A DNA stretch of 64,000 nucleotides from the NCBI GenBank assembly GCA_013416795.1, contig RQSC01000027.1:267344-331343 (forward strand). The letters run 5' to 3'. A program made the position numbers and the translations under genes. Origin of the DNA: Prasinococcaceae sp. CCMP 1430 (lineage: Eukaryota; Plantae; Prasinodermophyta). This document shows, piece after piece, positions 43,404 through 53,949 of the stretch. Under the pieces are notes generated by a model, which saw nothing but the letters and a program-made list of their open reading frames with translations, did no database searches and was not told the DNA's origin. Positions within the stretch are counted from its first letter, which is position 1. Each line of letters opens with the position of its first letter.

Positions 43404-43503
43404 GTGCCTGTAATTGACGTGTACTATTCTTGATCGAGGAGAGCATTGAAGCCATCAACTGCTGCTCCAGTATCTTACATCACTGCCGACTACGAGGGTC
43501 TTC

Positions 43504-45327
43504 TCAGCGAGGCGCACTGCACGCGATCTCATCCGTCCCTCCGTGCAAGCCAACAGCGCCAAAGCGACCCGCCAGCAGCGACACGCCCTTCGAGCTGTGA
43601 ACGGACACGGGGACGCTCGCTGTGCTCGGTGCTCGCATCGGGCGCGGCGACTTGCGCGGCGATATGGCCACACGGGCACTTCCGAAGTCGTCGATGCTCT
43701 GCGCCACAGCCGGCGCCGGTGGGTCCTCACAGCAGCCCCTGTGAATGTCGTCAAGCGACTCGAACTGCACGCGTATCACGGGAGTGTCTGATTTTGTCTT
43801 GCCATCGGCGATGCTGGTCACGAGGTCCCGCCGCTTGCACCGGCCCCTGCCGGGTCGGTGGGGGACGAGGACGGCGAGTGTATTGGCGGGCAGCAGGTGC
43901 CACTTAGGGGATTCTCCCGAGGCATCGTCGCCCTGCAGGTTGAGAGGCTCGCTGGCGAAGATCAGAGTGTCCGAGGTCATGTGGCTGGCACGAGGGCGGC
44001 CGCCTTCTGTGAACGACTGCGACTGTGCTTCGGCGTGGCAATCACCCTGCTGTTGGGGCTGCTGCAGACTCGATGTCAGGGCAGACCTCGCAGGCTCCGC
44101 TGCGGGCGCAGGCAGCGTGGGCGTGCTCGCCACCTTGCGGTCCGCCCTTTGACGGGGCGCGCTGGAATCGCCACCCCCACAGGCGACCGCCGGCAGCGAG
44201 GCCGTCCTCGCCACCTCACGGGCCGTCCCATGGCGGGGTGCGCTGGAACTGCCGCTCCCACAGGAGGAGGACAGGGAGAGGGTACCTTCCGAGTGTGCCT
44301 GCGGCTGCTGCTGCTGCCGAGGCTGCTGATTTTGAGGCTTGGGCGTACAGGGCGCCCCGTCGCCTGCCATCCGATTGTTGTCCTCCATGGAAGAAACCTC
44401 CAACATGCTGCCCTTCATGTGGTTTACCATGGCGCCCGTCTTGGAGAAGTTCCACTCCTTGTCTCCTCGAAAAGGCCGGTGCAGGCAGTAGTAGAGCGAG
44501 GGCGGCTGCTTGCCCTTCTCTTTCTCGACGAAGCTGCGGTAGCGGGTGGCCACCGTGGTCTCCCCGTCCGTCACAGCTATGTTGAGGCTCGATGCCACGC
44601 CAGGTGTCAGCTCGACGACCTTCCGAAGCATGGTGCGAACCGCTTCCTTTATCACCGCAGGGTCTTGCAGCGTGTGTGCGTCTGGCAACTGGTCGAGGAA
44701 CAGGGCAAAAAGCAGCTCGCTATCCGTGGTGCCGCTGATGTGCTCGAAGTTCTCGTCGCGGAGCGTGCTGAGGAGCTTCCGCCGGATGCTCGAGAACATC
44801 GCCACCTCGCCGTTGTGCATGAACAAGTACCGGCCTTTCGAATAGGGGTGGCAGTTGTATTCGTGCACGGAGGCCATATGGCCAGCCGCACGCACGTGGC
44901 CGAAGATGAGCGAGCTCTCGATGGCGCGCGAGATGCGTCGCAGGTTGCGGTCGTGGTTGGGCGCGTGCGTGGACGTGTACACTGCCGGGCGGCTGTACGC
45001 GGTGAGTCCCAAGGCGTCCTCGAGCCCGACGGCATGCGACATGTACCATCCGACACCGCAGCCATGGACGTTCACGACCCTGTTTGCATTCCCGTCGGGT
45101 ATGCACCCGGGTGTGTAGCCAGCAGCCTAGGATTGCCGCAGGCGGCGCGGGCGCGTGTCAGCGTGCCGCGCCGAGCGCCGAGTGCCGAGCGCGGCGCTGA
45201 GCGCTCGCGCCGCGCGCGCTCAGCAGTGCGCTCGAACCTCGCTCTGCGCTGCCAGGGAGTGAGACGTGCCGAAGAGCAGGTCGTGGCAGCACACGTCCCT
45301 GCCGATGTAAAAGAGCCACCTGCACAT
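43504..45327 (-). CDS. Class II glutamine amidotransferase (GATase_4; DUG3/EgtC-like); intron 45127-45237
   Basis: N-terminal MCRW (Ntn nucleophile Cys2). Splicing gives HSLAAQSE|AAGYTPG...NVHGCGVGWY, then IFGHVRAA, NCHPY..GRYLFMHNG, GTTDSE, LNIAVTDG..VATRY and IFASEPL. Confidence 0.88.
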
Positions 45328-46086
45328 CGTCCCGGCTGCGCGCTGCGGCCGCTCCCAGCCCCCCCTCCCCCTTCTCCGGCCCCCAGTTCCCCGCCAGGAG
45401 CAGGGCCCTGCCGCCCGCGCTTGTGGCCCCGCGCTCGCAACGCGCTGCGAACGCGACCCCTGCCCCTCCCGCCGCGGCCGAGGCCCCTCCCCGCGGCGCT
45501 GGTGTGGCCCCTCCCTCGCTCCGTCCAACCCCTCCCACCCTCCTCACCCAGCCAACGGCCAGCCTCGACGCCAGCGGGGGCTTCCGCTGTCCAGCGGGGC
45601 CTTGAAGGGGCCACACACCACGGCGCTGAGGAGGATCAGGATCTTCGATTCTTGCTACTAGGGTTTCGGGCTGAAGGGTTTCACCAAAGCCCGACCGAAA
45701 CCGTCTGACCCGGAGCTCATCCTGGGCTCCTTGGTTGGCGCGCCAGACTCGACCGACGCGACGCAGACCCTTTCTTTACCCCGAGGCGCGAGACCACGGC
45801 CCGAAAATATCCGAGCGCAAAAAAGATCCCGAGGGAAAGCGTTCCCCGAGTGCGCGCGCACGCCTGCGAGCGCGAGTGCGCGCGCGCACGAGAGCGACCG
45901 GGCGAAGAGCGCGAGCCGTGCCAACCGAGGCTAATTTCAAAGGCAAGAAGTGAAGGACGACGAGAAACTACTGCAGCGTCCGTAGATTGGACAGCGAGCA
46001 AGCGGGCGGCCTTCTCTGCTGGGTAGTAAGAGGGGGGGGGGGACGCAGAGGTGCGACCTCACCCTGTGGTCCGCCGGGGTGGCGCA

Positions 46087-47085
46087 CTACTTGTCCGAGA
46101 ATTTGAAGTACCCGTCGCCGGCTGGGATCATCAGGTGAACGTAAGGCGTGCCAGGGAACATTTGGTACGGCGATCCGCTGTAGGGATCGGTCGGGAACTT
46201 CTCGAGAGACTTGGGGTCCTTGGGCATCAGCATGAGGTGACTGCCGCTCTCGATGTACTGAGAGGGGTCCTCCGCGTCGGCCTTGGTCAACACCATCGGC
46301 TTGGTGTTGTCCTGCGTGGGTGGGGGTGCGCAGCGCGCGAGGCCGCGTAGCGCACGTGCGCGCCGCGCGGGCAGCGACTGTCAGCTTTGAGGAGCACCTG
46401 GAGAAGTAGAGGTCCTACGGTGCGGCCACACGCTCGCGCTGGCGCGCGCGTGCACACGTGCCTCCCCCATGTCGCCATGCAACATGTACATGATGGAGTC
46501 GCGCTCCATCTTAGGAGCCTCGCCATTGACGTAACCAGTGATCCACTTCATGCCCTCCTCATCAGCGCAGAGAGGCATGGCGTCGTGTGCGCTCGCCCAG
46601 CCCTTGCCCTCAGGGTACGGGCGCGGGTTGCCCGCGAGGCAGGTCCAGCCGTTGCTGCCCTCGCGTAGCACGCTGTTGGCCTCGCCTTCTTCGCTCACGC
46701 CAATCACCGTGGCGCTCTCTGCGATGTAGCTCGGGGCAGCCGTGGAAAACGCCCAGGTCTGCCACTCGGCGCTGGTGTGCGGCTTCTTGGGCTCCTTCGG
46801 GGAGGACGCTGTGGGTGCCATGCCGTCGTCCATGTCCATGTTCATGCCGCCCATGCCCATGCCGCTGAGCGGTCCCATCGCCGACGCAGGGGCGGCCGCG
46901 AGCACCAGTGCGGCCGCCGCGCCCAACGCGTGAGAGGATAGCGCGGCCGCGCGCTCCGCGAGCCCGGCGCGATCTGCAGGGCCGATCGGGCCTGACGCGC
47001 GGGGCGCGCGCCGAAGTGCGGCCCGCGGCGCCGCCGCGGCGCGAGGCGCAGGCAGGGCAGACAAGGCGGCAGCGCGGTGCATCAT
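46087..47085 (-). CDS. Predicted thylakoid-lumen protein of a bacterial-type uncharacterised family; probable GC-AG intron 46312-46461
   Basis: Bipartite signal (Arg/Ala-rich transit, hydrophobic LVLAAAPASA), Met-rich mature N-terminus, then STAAP..IA..ATV...LREGSNGWTC, MPLC.D, YMLHGDMGE|DNT.P, GSHLMLMP and PYQMFPGTPYVHLMIP. Confidence 0.72.
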
Positions 47086-47227
47086 GGCACAGTCCGGCGA
47101 ATTGGAATTCGTGCGCAGCCTGAGCGCGCGGTGCACGTGGTGTGCGCGCACGCGTACGTGCACCCGCCTCGGGCAGGGACGCCTCGACCCTCCCGCCTTC
47201 CCCCGCACCCGAGGCAAATGGTGCGCA

Positions 47228-47260
47228 GGCAGGACGCGCAGGAGTCCTGCGCGTCCTGCC
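47228..47260. repeat. Perfect inverted repeat, 16-bp arms with a 1-nt spacer
   Basis: GGCAGGACGCGCAGGA-G-TCCTGCGCGTCCTGCC, lying between two divergently transcribed genes. Confidence 0.9.
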
Positions 47261-47577
47261 GTAACAACCGCCGTAACTACCGCGCCCGGCGCGTTCCCCC
47301 AAATGCGCCTTGGCGTCGGAGGTCAAAGCGAGCGCAATGACCTACAAACCCTAAAACGCATCAACACCAACATTTTGACCCTAAACCAAAAACCGTATCC
47401 GCGCTGGTTGCGGCGGCTGCCGGCAGCGGGGCGGTGGCGGTGGCGGCAGGGGTAGCGGTAGCGGTGGTGGCGCGGTGGCGGCGGCGGAGGCCCGCGCCGC
47501 CACACTCCGTTCTCCGTCGGCCGTGGCGGTCGCGGCGGTCGTAGCGGACACGCCCTCAGCGCGGTGGCAGGGCGCTG

Positions 47578-48918
47578 ATGGCGCCCAGCCGCCGGGCGAC
47601 CGAGACCAAGGGCGGGCTCGCGGTGCTCGACGCGCTCGACGACGCGCCCGAGCGCGGCGTGCTGACCAACTGCCTCCGCTGCGGCAAGGTGTACGACTGC
47701 CGCACTGCGCTCAACCAGGAGAAGAATGAGTTCCTCCATTCCGGCGGCGTGTGTGTCTTCTGCGGCACGCAGGTGCTGCTCAACGGCGAGCCCCTCAGTG
47801 AGGCCGAGGTGCTCGGGTGCGCCGACTCGGGAGAGGCCGCCAGGAGCGCCGAGGCGCGCGCAGCGACGCTCGTCGCAGCCGACAAGAATTCCGGAGCGCG
47901 CACGCACGTGCACGATGACCAGGCAGACTACTTTGAGACCTCCTCCGACGCGTGGCTGACGCCCGAGGAGAAGGCGGAGCTCGACAGGCGCCAGGCGGAG
48001 AAGGAACGCCTCGAGGAGGAGAACAGGCGCAAGGTTGTGGTGAGCATTGACCTGGTGGGGCGGCGAGTGGTCATGGACGAGCCTGTGACGGCTAGTAGCA
48101 GCGGGGATGTCTCCAGCGCGGGCGTGGCGGTGGGCGGCGCGGGCGGCAGCGGCGCCACGGCAGGAGGCGCTGGCGCCTCCGTGCCATCGGAGCTTCCCCC
48201 AGACCTCGCAGGCGCGATGGATGCGATGGCGATCGCGGACGCGCCGTACGGGCTCGGACCAGCGGCGACCGCGGCGGCGATTGAGCGCGCCGTCGACGCA
48301 ATGTCAGGCGGTGCGCAGTCCATGCCGGCGCCGGACCTACCTGAGGGCCGCGCGCCGCTGTTTGTCAAGCCCGCGAAATCGGTGGGCGTCTGTCGCGAGC
48401 CTCGGGACAAGGAACAGGTAGAGCTTCTGGCAGCACTAAAGGGTGGGGAGGGCAGGGTTCAGCACAAGGACCAGACACTCGCCGACATCGCACGTGACAT
48501 GCCCGCCGACAGCCTCGAGCGCAAGGCCCCGTTGCCTGGCAAGGCGGCCAAGCGACCACAGCGGGGGGGGCATAGCAAGCGCGAACCGCAGGCGCGGCGC
48601 AGCACCGAAAAGACCCAGTCGAAGGCCAATGGACGCAAAGCAGAGCCATCAACATCTGCGCCGAAGTCTACGACGCAGCCACAGCGCCGACCTGCTGAGC
48701 AACGAGCAGCCATTGTGCCACCGCCGTCTGCAGCCGCGGGCGTCGCGGAGCCAGCAGCACAGTCGGTGCAGCCGCCGCCGCGCATGTCGGCAGAGGACAG
48801 CGCGGTGAGTGCGCCAGTGCGACCAGCGGCCAGCAGCGCCAGCGGCACCTCTGCCGCTCCCGCACGTCGGAGGGACCGCGCATCGCGTGCCGCGCTGCTT
48901 CGCAACGCTCGCAGCTAG
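47578..48918 (+). CDS. ASC-1/TRIP4/Rqt4-like C2HC5-type zinc-finger protein (5' end uncertain)
   Basis: NCLRCGKVYDC...CVFCG, LV..DKNSGART.VHDDQADYF, WLTPEEK and KVVVSIDLVGRRVV; TGTAA at 48926. Confidence 0.75.
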   Translation: MAPSRRATETKGGLAVLDALDDAPERGVLTNCLRCGKVYDCRTALNQEKNEFLHSGGVCVFCGTQVLLNGEPLSEAEVLGCADSGEAARSAEARAATLVAADKNSGARTHVHDDQADYFETSSDAWLTPEEKAELDRRQAEKERLEEENRRKVVVSIDLVGRRVVMDEPVTASSSGDVSSAGVAVGGAGGSGATAGGAGASVPSELPPDLAGAMDAMAIADAPYGLGPAATAAAIERAVDAMSGGAQSMPAPDLPEGRAPLFVKPAKSVGVCREPRDKEQVELLAALKGGEGRVQHKDQTLADIARDMPADSLERKAPLPGKAAKRPQRGGHSKREPQARRSTEKTQSKANGRKAEPSTSAPKSTTQPQRRPAEQRAAIVPPPSAAAGVAEPAAQSVQPPPRMSAEDSAVSAPVRPAASSASGTSAAPARRRDRASRAALLRNARS

Positions 48919-48949
48919 TGCTCGCTGTAATACAAATAATTGATTACCT

Positions 48950-51900
48950 TCACCCCAGGAGCTCTTCGAGGAGACTTGCGGCGGCTGCCGCATCGGCACC
49001 CATGACCTCGCGCCGCACCGTGTCATCCACGTCAACCAGCTGCGCGAGCACGTCTCCGCTCACAAAACCCGGGTCGTGCGGCTCATGCATGTTGTACTCG
49101 CCGTCCCACGGCTCGCTCGGATGCTTCGCACCCACCAGCGACGCGAGCTGCTCGTGCTTGAGGCACCGCCGCTGGATGCGCATGAGCACTTGATAGTGCT
49201 CATCGGACAAGGACTCGAAGGTGAGCACGCGCCCGAGCACGGTGACCGCTACGAAGGGATCGCCGCCGCCCAAGGAGGCGTGCGCCCGGCGCAGGCTTGG
49301 ATGGAGGACAGCGAGTCCGTCTGCAGCATTCTCGGGGGGGAGCATGTCGCCATCCCCAGCCCGGAGGGTGCGATATGTCACGTATTCCCCGCACACGGCG
49401 TCCGGACAAAAGTCGAAGCCCGCGCCCGACCTGCAGAACTCTGTGAAGGCCGTGAAGGCCTCGTGTGTCTCCGCCACGCCAACGCCGTCCTCGCCATCAG
49501 CAGCCACGACAGGAGTCGCTCGCTCGGGCGCGCCGGGCGTTTGCGTCTGCGAAAGCGAAAGCATGCCAGGCCGGATCCGCAGCATGCCTTCGTTGACGTC
49601 TGTCACACACTCGATCTGCAAGTTGCGCTCGGGGCCGGACGAAATGGTTGCCACTGATGGCAACGCCTGCAGTTGGCCAGGCGGTGGCAGCGGCGGTGCG
49701 ACAGCCGCCTCCTGGTGTTCACCCGCGCGCTCGGGCGCGTCTGCTGGCGGGGCACACAGGACGATCTGGCCAGCCTTGTCTACGGCAATCGCACCTTGGT
49801 GCGCGCAGGCGGCAACGCTAGATACCAGCCTGTGGTGTGGGTCCGACCAAAGGCGCTCCAGCCCGCGGTTTCCGTACACCTCGTCCTGCTCGAGAGTTGG
49901 CTTCAGCACGACAAGGCCGTCAAGTGAGTCGCCGGCGATGATGCGATCACCATCGCAGCTCACGCTAACGATGGGATTGCGACATCGGTGCACGGCAGCG
50001 ACGCGGATCCCCTTGCTCATGTGGGGCACAAGCACCATGACACGCCTGCCGATGCCAGCCACGAGGCCGTGCTCGCGATACGTAGCAAGGGCGCGCACAG
50101 CGTATCCGGGCTCGAACCCCTCCTCGTGGAATAAGGCAAACGCCCAGCCGGAGCCAGCCCCGTCCTCGCCCCCGCCGTCGCCTTTGCTTGCGGTGGGATG
50201 CCGCAGCTGCAAGAGATGGATGGTTCCGGCGCACGACTCGACGTCAGCTGGTCCAGCGTGCGAGCTGCATCCGACGGCGATGAGCTCGTAGCCACCGTTA
50301 CCCCGCCCCGCCGACTGGGCAAAGCTCATGGGAAATACTTTGAGCGTAGCGATGGCACAGGCGACGTGGTAGCCGGGCACCTTGATGCTCGCGAGCGTGG
50401 CTCCTGTGAAGGGGTCTACCGCGCAGACTTCCATACTGTCACCCAGGATGCTGTGGCTGCGTGGGGCGCATGCAACGATGAGCGCGCCGCTCGATGAGTG
50501 CAGCTGAACCCTGCGCGGGCGTTCGGCGCACTCGAGTGGTAGCACACTTATGTCGTAGGTGCCGGTCGTTGCCGCGCCACTTCCGCCGCCCCACACGCCA
50601 CCGGTGCCAGCCTTCAATGCAGTGAGGTGTAGCGCGCCATCCCCAGTTGCGAAGAGGACCCCCGATGGCACGCTAGGCTCGGCGCACGCGAACGGTGCGG
50701 CCCGAACGCATGATCCCACACCTGGCGGCAGCGCCACCGCCGTACAGGCGAGGCGCGCGAGCGACCTGGAGGGACTGATCACCCAGGGCCAGTCGCTCAA
50801 CGCGAGCACGGGCACTCGCGCTGCACGGACGAGGGGCACAAGCGACACGGGCGTCCGGCCTAGCTGAGTACGCGACACGAGCCGCAGCTGTCGCGCGTGC
50901 ATGTCTGCGCCGGAGGCAAACGACGCCCGGTGTTGCACCCACTGCAGCGCTCCAGGCCACTCGAAGCGCACAAGGCACCCGTTGCGCAAGCCGACCATCA
51001 CGTACGGCTGGTCGTACACGACGATCGCCACGCTCTCGGGAACAGCGCTTCCCATGGCGGCTCGCTCGCGGCGCTCGCCATCGCCCTGCGAGGATGGGGT
51101 GCCGCTTGCTTGCAGAGACGCCATGGCAAGCAATTCGGGGGCCTCTGCCCCGAGCGGCTCTTGTCCACCTGCGCCTATGTCAACAAGCTCCGCCGAGGGC
51201 AGGTATGTGCCAACGACGCACAAGTTTGCCGGCAGCGTCGCGACCATGTTCTCGGGCGGAAGCGAGAGGCAGCTGACTTCGGCCCGCATCTCAATGCGCC
51301 TGGTGAAGGCAAGCTCCGCATCGCTGCCCACGCCCCGCACGACTTCCATCACAAGCAGAGCAGGCGAGGGCCTTGACACGGCCATGACGACAAAATCCTC
51401 ACCGACGGCAGCGCACTGCGTTGATCCGCTGTCAGTAGGCAGAGGCAACGTGCGCGCGCTCCCACGCAGCTGGCTTGACTGCGAGCTCGCAAGTCCAGCC
51501 TGAGATCCCTGCTGTGTCTGCGATTGGGATTGGAGCTGAGACGACGCCATCCAGCCGCCGGCTTCTCGCGCGAGGGTGGCTGAGACGACGAACGTGTCGC
51601 ACACTTGCACCATCAGGCCATCAGCTACGCGCCCACAAGCGAGGGTGGCCGCGCTCGGGTTCAGTCCAACGCTCTCTGTGACGTCCATCAGAGTCGCACC
51701 AAGCGCGAGCGCACGCGTGGCGAAAACGAACGACAGGACGAGCAGCGCGTCGCAGGGGTCGGCGCGGCTGACTGGCACACGCCATGCACCTGTGACCCCC
51801 TGGTAGTCGCAAGCCGTGCGTAGCAGGTGCTCCACGCCGACCCCGTGCCGCACCACACGCAGGCTCGGCCTTCCGCTGCCGCTTACGGCGAAGAGCTGGT

Positions 51901-53482
51901 CTTGCCCTTCGCCGTACAGGTCTGCCAGCTCGAAGTCAACCACCGAGGCCAAGCCGGGCGTCGTTTGTGCGAGCGTCAAGCCGCCGCTAGCATCATCCAG
52001 CAGGAGCACATGTGCATCGCCGCTCGCCGCGTGGCAAAGGAGGGCCCTGCGCCCGCGCCAGGGAAGGGGCAGCCACACCGCGCTCGTGCACTCGTCGGGG
52101 AGCGCCAGTGGCGCACTCAGCATCTCCATCCCCCGAGAGGATGTCTGCACCAGCTGGGCTATGCCTCCCTCCATAATGAGCGCTGCCAAACCAGGCAAGG
52201 ACTCGTCTGTCGCAACTACTGATACCAGCCCCCCGCCGCTCCGCAGATCGGTTGTGTCGGCGCCACGTCCGGGCCCCGCGGCGCCTGCATCGCCGATGCC
52301 CTCCGCGCCTACCCCGCTGCCGCCGCCTGGGCGTTCTGCGTGTTCGGCTACCTCCATGTCCATACCCTCAGGCTCTGCTGCGGCGGCAACCATCCGGGCG
52401 CACTGCGGCAGAGCAACCACGTACGTGTCGCGCGGCGCTGCGGTATCCTCGGTGTCTACATACACTGCAGTGCCCTCGCCCAAAAGCAGGGCACTCTCAG
52501 GACCCCCGCTCCCGGGCTGCGCACCCGCGCGTTGCGGCAAACGTGCGATGTGCGAAAAAAGGACGCGGGATGTCGCGCCCACCACCCCGAGCGAGGATGA
52601 GCGAGGGAGTGAGGGCGTGGGCACACACGCCAGTACCGTCAGCGCACATCTCGCGTCGAACCCGCCACCGTGCATTTCCTCGCGCTGCCGCGCCATGACG
52701 GTGTCGACGCCCACCAGGTGCAGGTCGGTGTTGGCCTGGCCTGGGCGTGAGTGCAGCAGCGCGAGCACCGGGACGTCTGGCTCACGGCCGCTGAGGAAGG
52801 CCATGTCCCACAGCGTGCCCCAGCGCTCGCCCACCTGCGCCCAGCCCTCCTGCGGTGGCTCGGCCGCGACCATCGAGCTCTGTCCGACGTTAGCACGGCC
52901 GCTGTCGCCCTGCTGAGCAGGCAGCACGGAGTGCCCGCTCGGATATCTAGCCATGAGGTCACGGTGCGTGACACAGACCTCCACGCGACTTCGAGTCTGC
53001 AGCGCGGGCGCGGCGGTGGTGAGGAAGACCGCCACGAGCTCCTGCATCGCTGCGACGGCGATGGCGCCACTGCCTGGCGCCACCGCGACCATGTGCCCGA
53101 GCTCGCGCCTGCCGAAGCCAGGGGCTGCGACATCGACGCCCGTGATCGGAACGAAGCGCTCCTTGGCGCGACTGTAGCCCACGAAGGAGAGCTTCCCAGA
53201 TGCGGACGTGAGCGCGAGGATGTCACACCCAACGAGCTCGTGCCCCTCAGGAAGTAACCCCTTCCTCCAGCCCACGCGCGCCACGCTGCGCAGCACGCTG
53301 AAGACCGGGTGCACGCACACCGAGGTCAGCTCGCCGCCATCACCGGGCTGACGTAGCATCTCAAGCACGGTCTCGCGCGCGAGAACGATCCCACGAGTGC
53401 CTGCCCCGCCGGAGGCCCCACAGAAGCCGCCCGACACCGCGGCGAGGACCGCGCCGGGAGCGAGCGGCGCGCGAACGAGCAT
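48950..53482 (-). CDS. SF3B3/DDB1/CPSF160-family triple beta-propeller protein (plant RSE1-like subfamily)
   Basis: IVLARETVLE, DILALTSASGKLSF, PG..RRELG.MVAV, SLRVVRHG.GVE, DY.GVTG.W, LVLSFV.ATR.L, VMVGLRNG.LVRF, IIAGDSLDG (CPSF_A) and GDVLAQL. Confidence 0.82.
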   Translation of the reverse strand: MLVRAPLAPGAVLAAVSGGFCGASGGAGTRGIVLARETVLEMLRQPGDGGELTSVCVHPVFSVLRSVARVGWRKGLLPEGHELVGCDILALTSASGKLSFVGYSRAKERFVPITGVDVAAPGFGRRELGHMVAVAPGSGAIAVAAMQELVAVFLTTAAPALQTRSRVEVCVTHRDLMARYPSGHSVLPAQQGDSGRANVGQSSMVAAEPPQEGWAQVGERWGTLWDMAFLSGREPDVPVLALLHSRPGQANTDLHLVGVDTVMARQREEMHGGGFDARCALTVLACVPTPSLPRSSSLGVVGATSRVLFSHIARLPQRAGAQPGSGGPESALLLGEGTAVYVDTEDTAAPRDTYVVALPQCARMVAAAAEPEGMDMEVAEHAERPGGGSGVGAEGIGDAGAAGPGRGADTTDLRSGGGLVSVVATDESLPGLAALIMEGGIAQLVQTSSRGMEMLSAPLALPDECTSAVWLPLPWRGRRALLCHAASGDAHVLLLDDASGGLTLAQTTPGLASVVDFELADLYGEGQDQLFAVSGSGRPSLRVVRHGVGVEHLLRTACDYQGVTGAWRVPVSRADPCDALLVLSFVFATRALALGATLMDVTESVGLNPSAATLACGRVADGLMVQVCDTFVVSATLAREAGGWMASSQLQSQSQTQQGSQAGLASSQSSQLRGSARTLPLPTDSGSTQCAAVGEDFVVMAVSRPSPALLVMEVVRGVGSDAELAFTRRIEMRAEVSCLSLPPENMVATLPANLCVVGTYLPSAELVDIGAGGQEPLGAEAPELLAMASLQASGTPSSQGDGERRERAAMGSAVPESVAIVVYDQPYVMVGLRNGCLVRFEWPGALQWVQHRASFASGADMHARQLRLVSRTQLGRTPVSLVPLVRAARVPVLALSDWPWVISPSRSLARLACTAVALPPGVGSCVRAAPFACAEPSVPSGVLFATGDGALHLTALKAGTGGVWGGGSGAATTGTYDISVLPLECAERPRRVQLHSSSGALIVACAPRSHSILGDSMEVCAVDPFTGATLASIKVPGYHVACAIATLKVFPMSFAQSAGRGNGGYELIAVGCSSHAGPADVESCAGTIHLLQLRHPTASKGDGGGEDGAGSGWAFALFHEEGFEPGYAVRALATYREHGLVAGIGRRVMVLVPHMSKGIRVAAVHRCRNPIVSVSCDGDRIIAGDSLDGLVVLKPTLEQDEVYGNRGLERLWSDPHHRLVSSVAACAHQGAIAVDKAGQIVLCAPPADAPERAGEHQEAAVAPPLPPPGQLQALPSVATISSGPERNLQIECVTDVNEGMLRIRPGMLSLSQTQTPGAPERATPVVAADGEDGVGVAETHEAFTAFTEFCRSGAGFDFCPDAVCGEYVTYRTLRAGDGDMLPPENAADGLAVLHPSLRRAHASLGGGDPFVAVTVLGRVLTFESLSDEHYQVLMRIQRRCLKHEQLASLVGAKHPSEPWDGEYNMHEPHDPGFVSGDVLAQLVDVDDTVRREVMGADAAAAASLLEELLG

Positions 53483-53514
53483 GCGCCGCCGCCTCCGCCG
53501 CGGCGCTGCTTCGC

Positions 53515-53518
<4 letters not shown>

Positions 53519-53567
<49 letters not shown>
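53519..53567 (+). repeat. Poly-G tract (49 nt)
   Basis: Homopolymer 37 nt upstream of the ATG at 53482. A second G30 tract lies at 53820-53849 and a C24 tract at 9616-9639. Confidence 0.9.
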
Positions 53568-53818
53568 CGCGTGTGGCTTGCCCGTCTCGCAGCAGCGCGG
53601 GTGTGCTATGCTGCCAGCCGGGCAAAGGACTTCTGATTTTGACGAGGCGGGAATGCGCGCGCGGGGCGCTCCACGTCGCACGCTGCTCTGTGCCACACCA
53701 ACCCCTGTGCGGCGCGGCGCGGGGCGCTGGCGCTTGCAGCGGCGCTTTGACCGCGGCGGCCGCCGGCGTGGAGGCGTCCTTGCCTATCCGCCCCCGCCCC
53801 CGCGCCTGCGTCCGCGCT

Positions 53819-53850
<32 letters not shown>

Positions 53851-53949
53851 GGGGTGGTGGTGTTGGCGTGGCGTGTCGGTGACGTGGCGGTTGCCACGGC
53901 TCTCGCTCCTACGACCGCGCCGCCGTGGCGTCTGCGTGCAGGCGGAGGG

